Below the pieces are notes generated by a model that was given only the letters and a program-made list of their open reading frames with translations, searched no databases and was not told the origin of the DNA. DNA of 63,642 bases, counting the filler, from Nemertoderma westbladi (taxonomy: Eukaryota > Animalia > Xenacoelomorpha): assembly GCA_032718475.1 (NCBI GenBank). It is 3 parts of 3 records of this genome, joined end to end, with 100 filler letters (N's around TTAATTAATTAA, not from the genome) between each part and the next. Parts side by side here need not be neighbours in the genome. Positions count along the whole stretch, not along the records: positions 55,409 to 63,642 come from JAUCBJ010001405.1; 2 more parts are not named here. One strand, given 5' to 3'. Shown here one piece after another: positions 60,915 through 63,642 of this stretch. Each line of letters begins with the position of its first letter. Position 1 is the stretch's first letter. Both the position numbers and the translations under genes were made by a program.

Positions 60915-62979
60915 GTGAGTAGATATATAACCATAGAGAATAACAAAAGTAAGTCTATATAACAAAATGAGTAACTATAACCTAAATATATTCGTATATA
61001 ATATAAACAAACTGCGTTGATATAACCTAATGGAGTAGATATAACTAAAGGAAGAAGATATGCCTAACGGAGTAGATATAACCAGAGTTAGTAGATATAA
61101 CTAAAGGAAGAAGATATGCCTAACGGAGTATATATAACCAGAGTTAGTAGATATAACTAAAGGAAGAAGATATGCCTAACGGAGTAGATATAACCAGAGT
61201 TAGTAGATATAACCAGAGTTAGTAGATATAACTAAAGGAAGAAGATATGCCTAACGGAGTAGATATAACCAGAGTTAGTAGATATAACCAGAGTTAGTAG
61301 ATATAACTAAAGTAAGAAGATATACCTAAATGGAGTAGATATAACTAAAGGGAGTAGATGTAACCAGAGTTAGTAGATATAACTAAAGGAAGATGATATG
61401 CCTAACGAAGTAGATATAACCAGAGTTAGTAGATATAACTAAAGTAAGAAGACATACTTAAATGGAGTAGATATAACTAAAGGGATTAGATGTAACCAGA
61501 GTAAGTAGATATAACTAAAGGAAGAAGATATGCCTAACGGAGTAGATATAACCAAAGTTAGTAGATATAACTTAAGGAAGAAGATATACCTAAATGAAGT
61601 AGATATAACTAAAGTAAGAAGATACACCTAAATGAAGTAGATATAACTAAAGTAAGAAGATATACCTAAATGAAGTAGATATAACTAAAGTAAGAAGATA
61701 TACCTAAATGAAGTAGATATAACTAAAGTAAGAAGCTATACGTAAATGAAGTTAGTAGATATAACGAAAGGGGGTAGATATAACCAAAGTTTGTAGATAT
61801 AACCAAAGTTAGTAGGTATAACAAAAGTCAGTAGATATAACTAAAGTAAGAAGATATACCTAAATGAAGTAGATATAACTAAAGTAAGAAGATATACCTA
61901 AATGAAGTAGATATAACTAAAGTAAGAAGATATACCTAAATGAAGTAGATATAACTAAAGTAAGAAGATATACGTAAATGAAGTTAGTAGATATAACGAA
62001 AGGGAGTAGATATAACCAAAGTTTGTAGATATAACCAAAGTTAGTAGGTATAACAAAAGTTAGTAGATATAACTAAAGTAAGAAGATATACCTAAATGAA
62101 GTAGATATAACTAAAGTAAGAAGATATACCTAAATGAAGTAGATATAACTAAAGTAAGAAGATATACCTAAATGAAGTAGATATAACTAAAGTAAGAAGA
62201 TATACGTAAATGAAGTTAGTAGATATAACGAAAGGGGGTAGATATAACCAAAGTTAGTAGGTATAACAAAAGTTAGTAGATATAACTAAAGTAAGAAGAT
62301 ATACCTAAATGAAGTAGATATAACTAAAGTAAGAAGATATACCTAAATGAAGTAGATATAACTAAAGTTTTAGTAGATATAACCAAAGTTCGTAGATATA
62401 ACCAAAGTTCGTAGATATAACCAAAGTTCGTAGATATAACCAAAGGAAGAAGATATACCTTAATGGAGTAGATATAACTAAAGGGAGTAGATATAACCAG
62501 AGTTAGTAGATATAACTAAAGGAAGAAGATATGCCTAACGGAGTAGATATAACCAGAGTTAGTAGATATAACCAGAGTTAGTAGATATAACTAAAGGAAG
62601 AAGATATGCCTAACGGAGTAGATATAACCAGAGTTAGTAGATATAACTAAAGGAAGAAGATATACCTAAATGAAGTAGATATAACTAAAGTAAGAAGATA
62701 TACCTAAATGAAGTAGATATAACTAAAGTAAGAAGATATACCTAAATGAAGTAGATATAACTAAAGTTAGTAGATATAACCAAAGTTCGTAGATATAACC
62801 AAAGTTCGTAGATATAACCAAAGTTAGTAGATATAACCAAAGTTAGTAGATATAACTAAAGTAAGAAGATATACCTAAATGAAGTAGATATAACTAAAGT
62901 AAGAAGATATACCTAAATGAAGTAGATATAACTAAAGTAAGAAGATATACCTAAATGAAGTAGATATAACTAAAGTAAG
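60915..62979. repeat. Complex satellite built from AGATATAACYAAAGT(T/A)AG and AGATATACCTAAATGAAGT subunits
   Basis: Visible mosaic of ~18-20-bp subunits. Confidence 0.93.
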
Positions 62980-62991
62980 GTTTTGGATTAA

Positions 62992-63642
62992 CCGGAACGA
63001 CGTTTTACGTGGCGTATTCATAATTACGGGATTAATAAAGGCAAGGCTCTTAAGAAAATTAAAGATGTCTCCTTCCTCAAAGGAGATAAAACCGGTAACA
63101 TTATTCTACTAGATACCGCCGATAAACACTTTGAAATCCTAAGGATCCTCAGCGACACTACAACCTACGAACAACTAACTAAAGATCCAACCGCCCGCTT
63201 CCGTGTCAAATGTCGAGCCCTCCTACGTGAACTGTCGTTACGCAACCCCGAACTCCAAACGCACCTATTTCCCAATACTTTTACCACAGGCCACATTTTT
63301 ATCTCCCTCAAAGATCACAAACCCAAAGAGGAATGGATCCAACACCCAAACGGTAAACTAATCCCTAAAGGCCGACCAATTATATCCAATACTGACGCCT
63401 TTTTCTCACCACTTTCTAAATTGATGCATTTCTACTTACACCCTCTAGTCACTAACTCGTCCAATTATCTTTGTAGTTCATTACATTTAAAACACACAAT
63501 GCCTACCCACCTTAATAACTCATCATGTACTCTCATCACAGTAGATGTAGTCGATATGTTTACTAGTATTCCACACGAGCTCGGGTTACAAGCCACTATG
63601 CAAACACTTACCGAAGACCCATCCCTGCCACACCGGTCTATA
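62992..63642 (+). mobile_element. Penelope-like element reverse transcriptase (5'-truncated, runs off the window)
   Basis: Open frame not in the ORF track: KGDKTGNIILLD (DKG motif), TYEQLTKDPT, LKDHK, GRPIIS, LITVDVVDMFTSIPH. Confidence 0.88.

Overview
Repeat-rich, AT-rich eukaryotic genomic DNA, most likely from an invertebrate animal (spliceosomal introns, metazoan-type MetRS, RTE/CR1/CRE/Penelope retroelements). It is three contigs joined by artificial N44-TTAATTAATTAA-N44 linkers (25395-25494, 55309-55408). Host genes: a spliced NXT1/p15-type NTF2-family gene missed by the ORF track (exons 1036-1041?, 2285-2374, 2596-2751, 11174-11332), an intronless cytoplasmic methionyl-tRNA synthetase (11339-14029), a two-exon AANAT-like GNAT acetyltransferase (21140-21994) and an orphan 99-bp exon (60816-60914). 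Top observation: the NXT stop codon lies only 6 nt before the in-frame MetRS ATG in the same terminal exon (TGA-GTC-GAT-ATG), giving a candidate animal bicistronic or readthrough NXT-MARS1 unit. A GTGAGT donor overlapping that stop could also splice in frame to the GNAT gene. Also notable: a minimal type I hammerhead ribozyme with tRNA-like A/B boxes inside a 230-bp fold-back (48873-49102), a satellite apparently amplified from an exon/splice-donor junction, an LTR-like element with an unrecognised ORF, and a Ulp1-protease element with a Helitron-like end. Roughly a third of the window is minisatellite, which accounts for most long ORFs in the track. All calls come from manual reading; no database searches were run.
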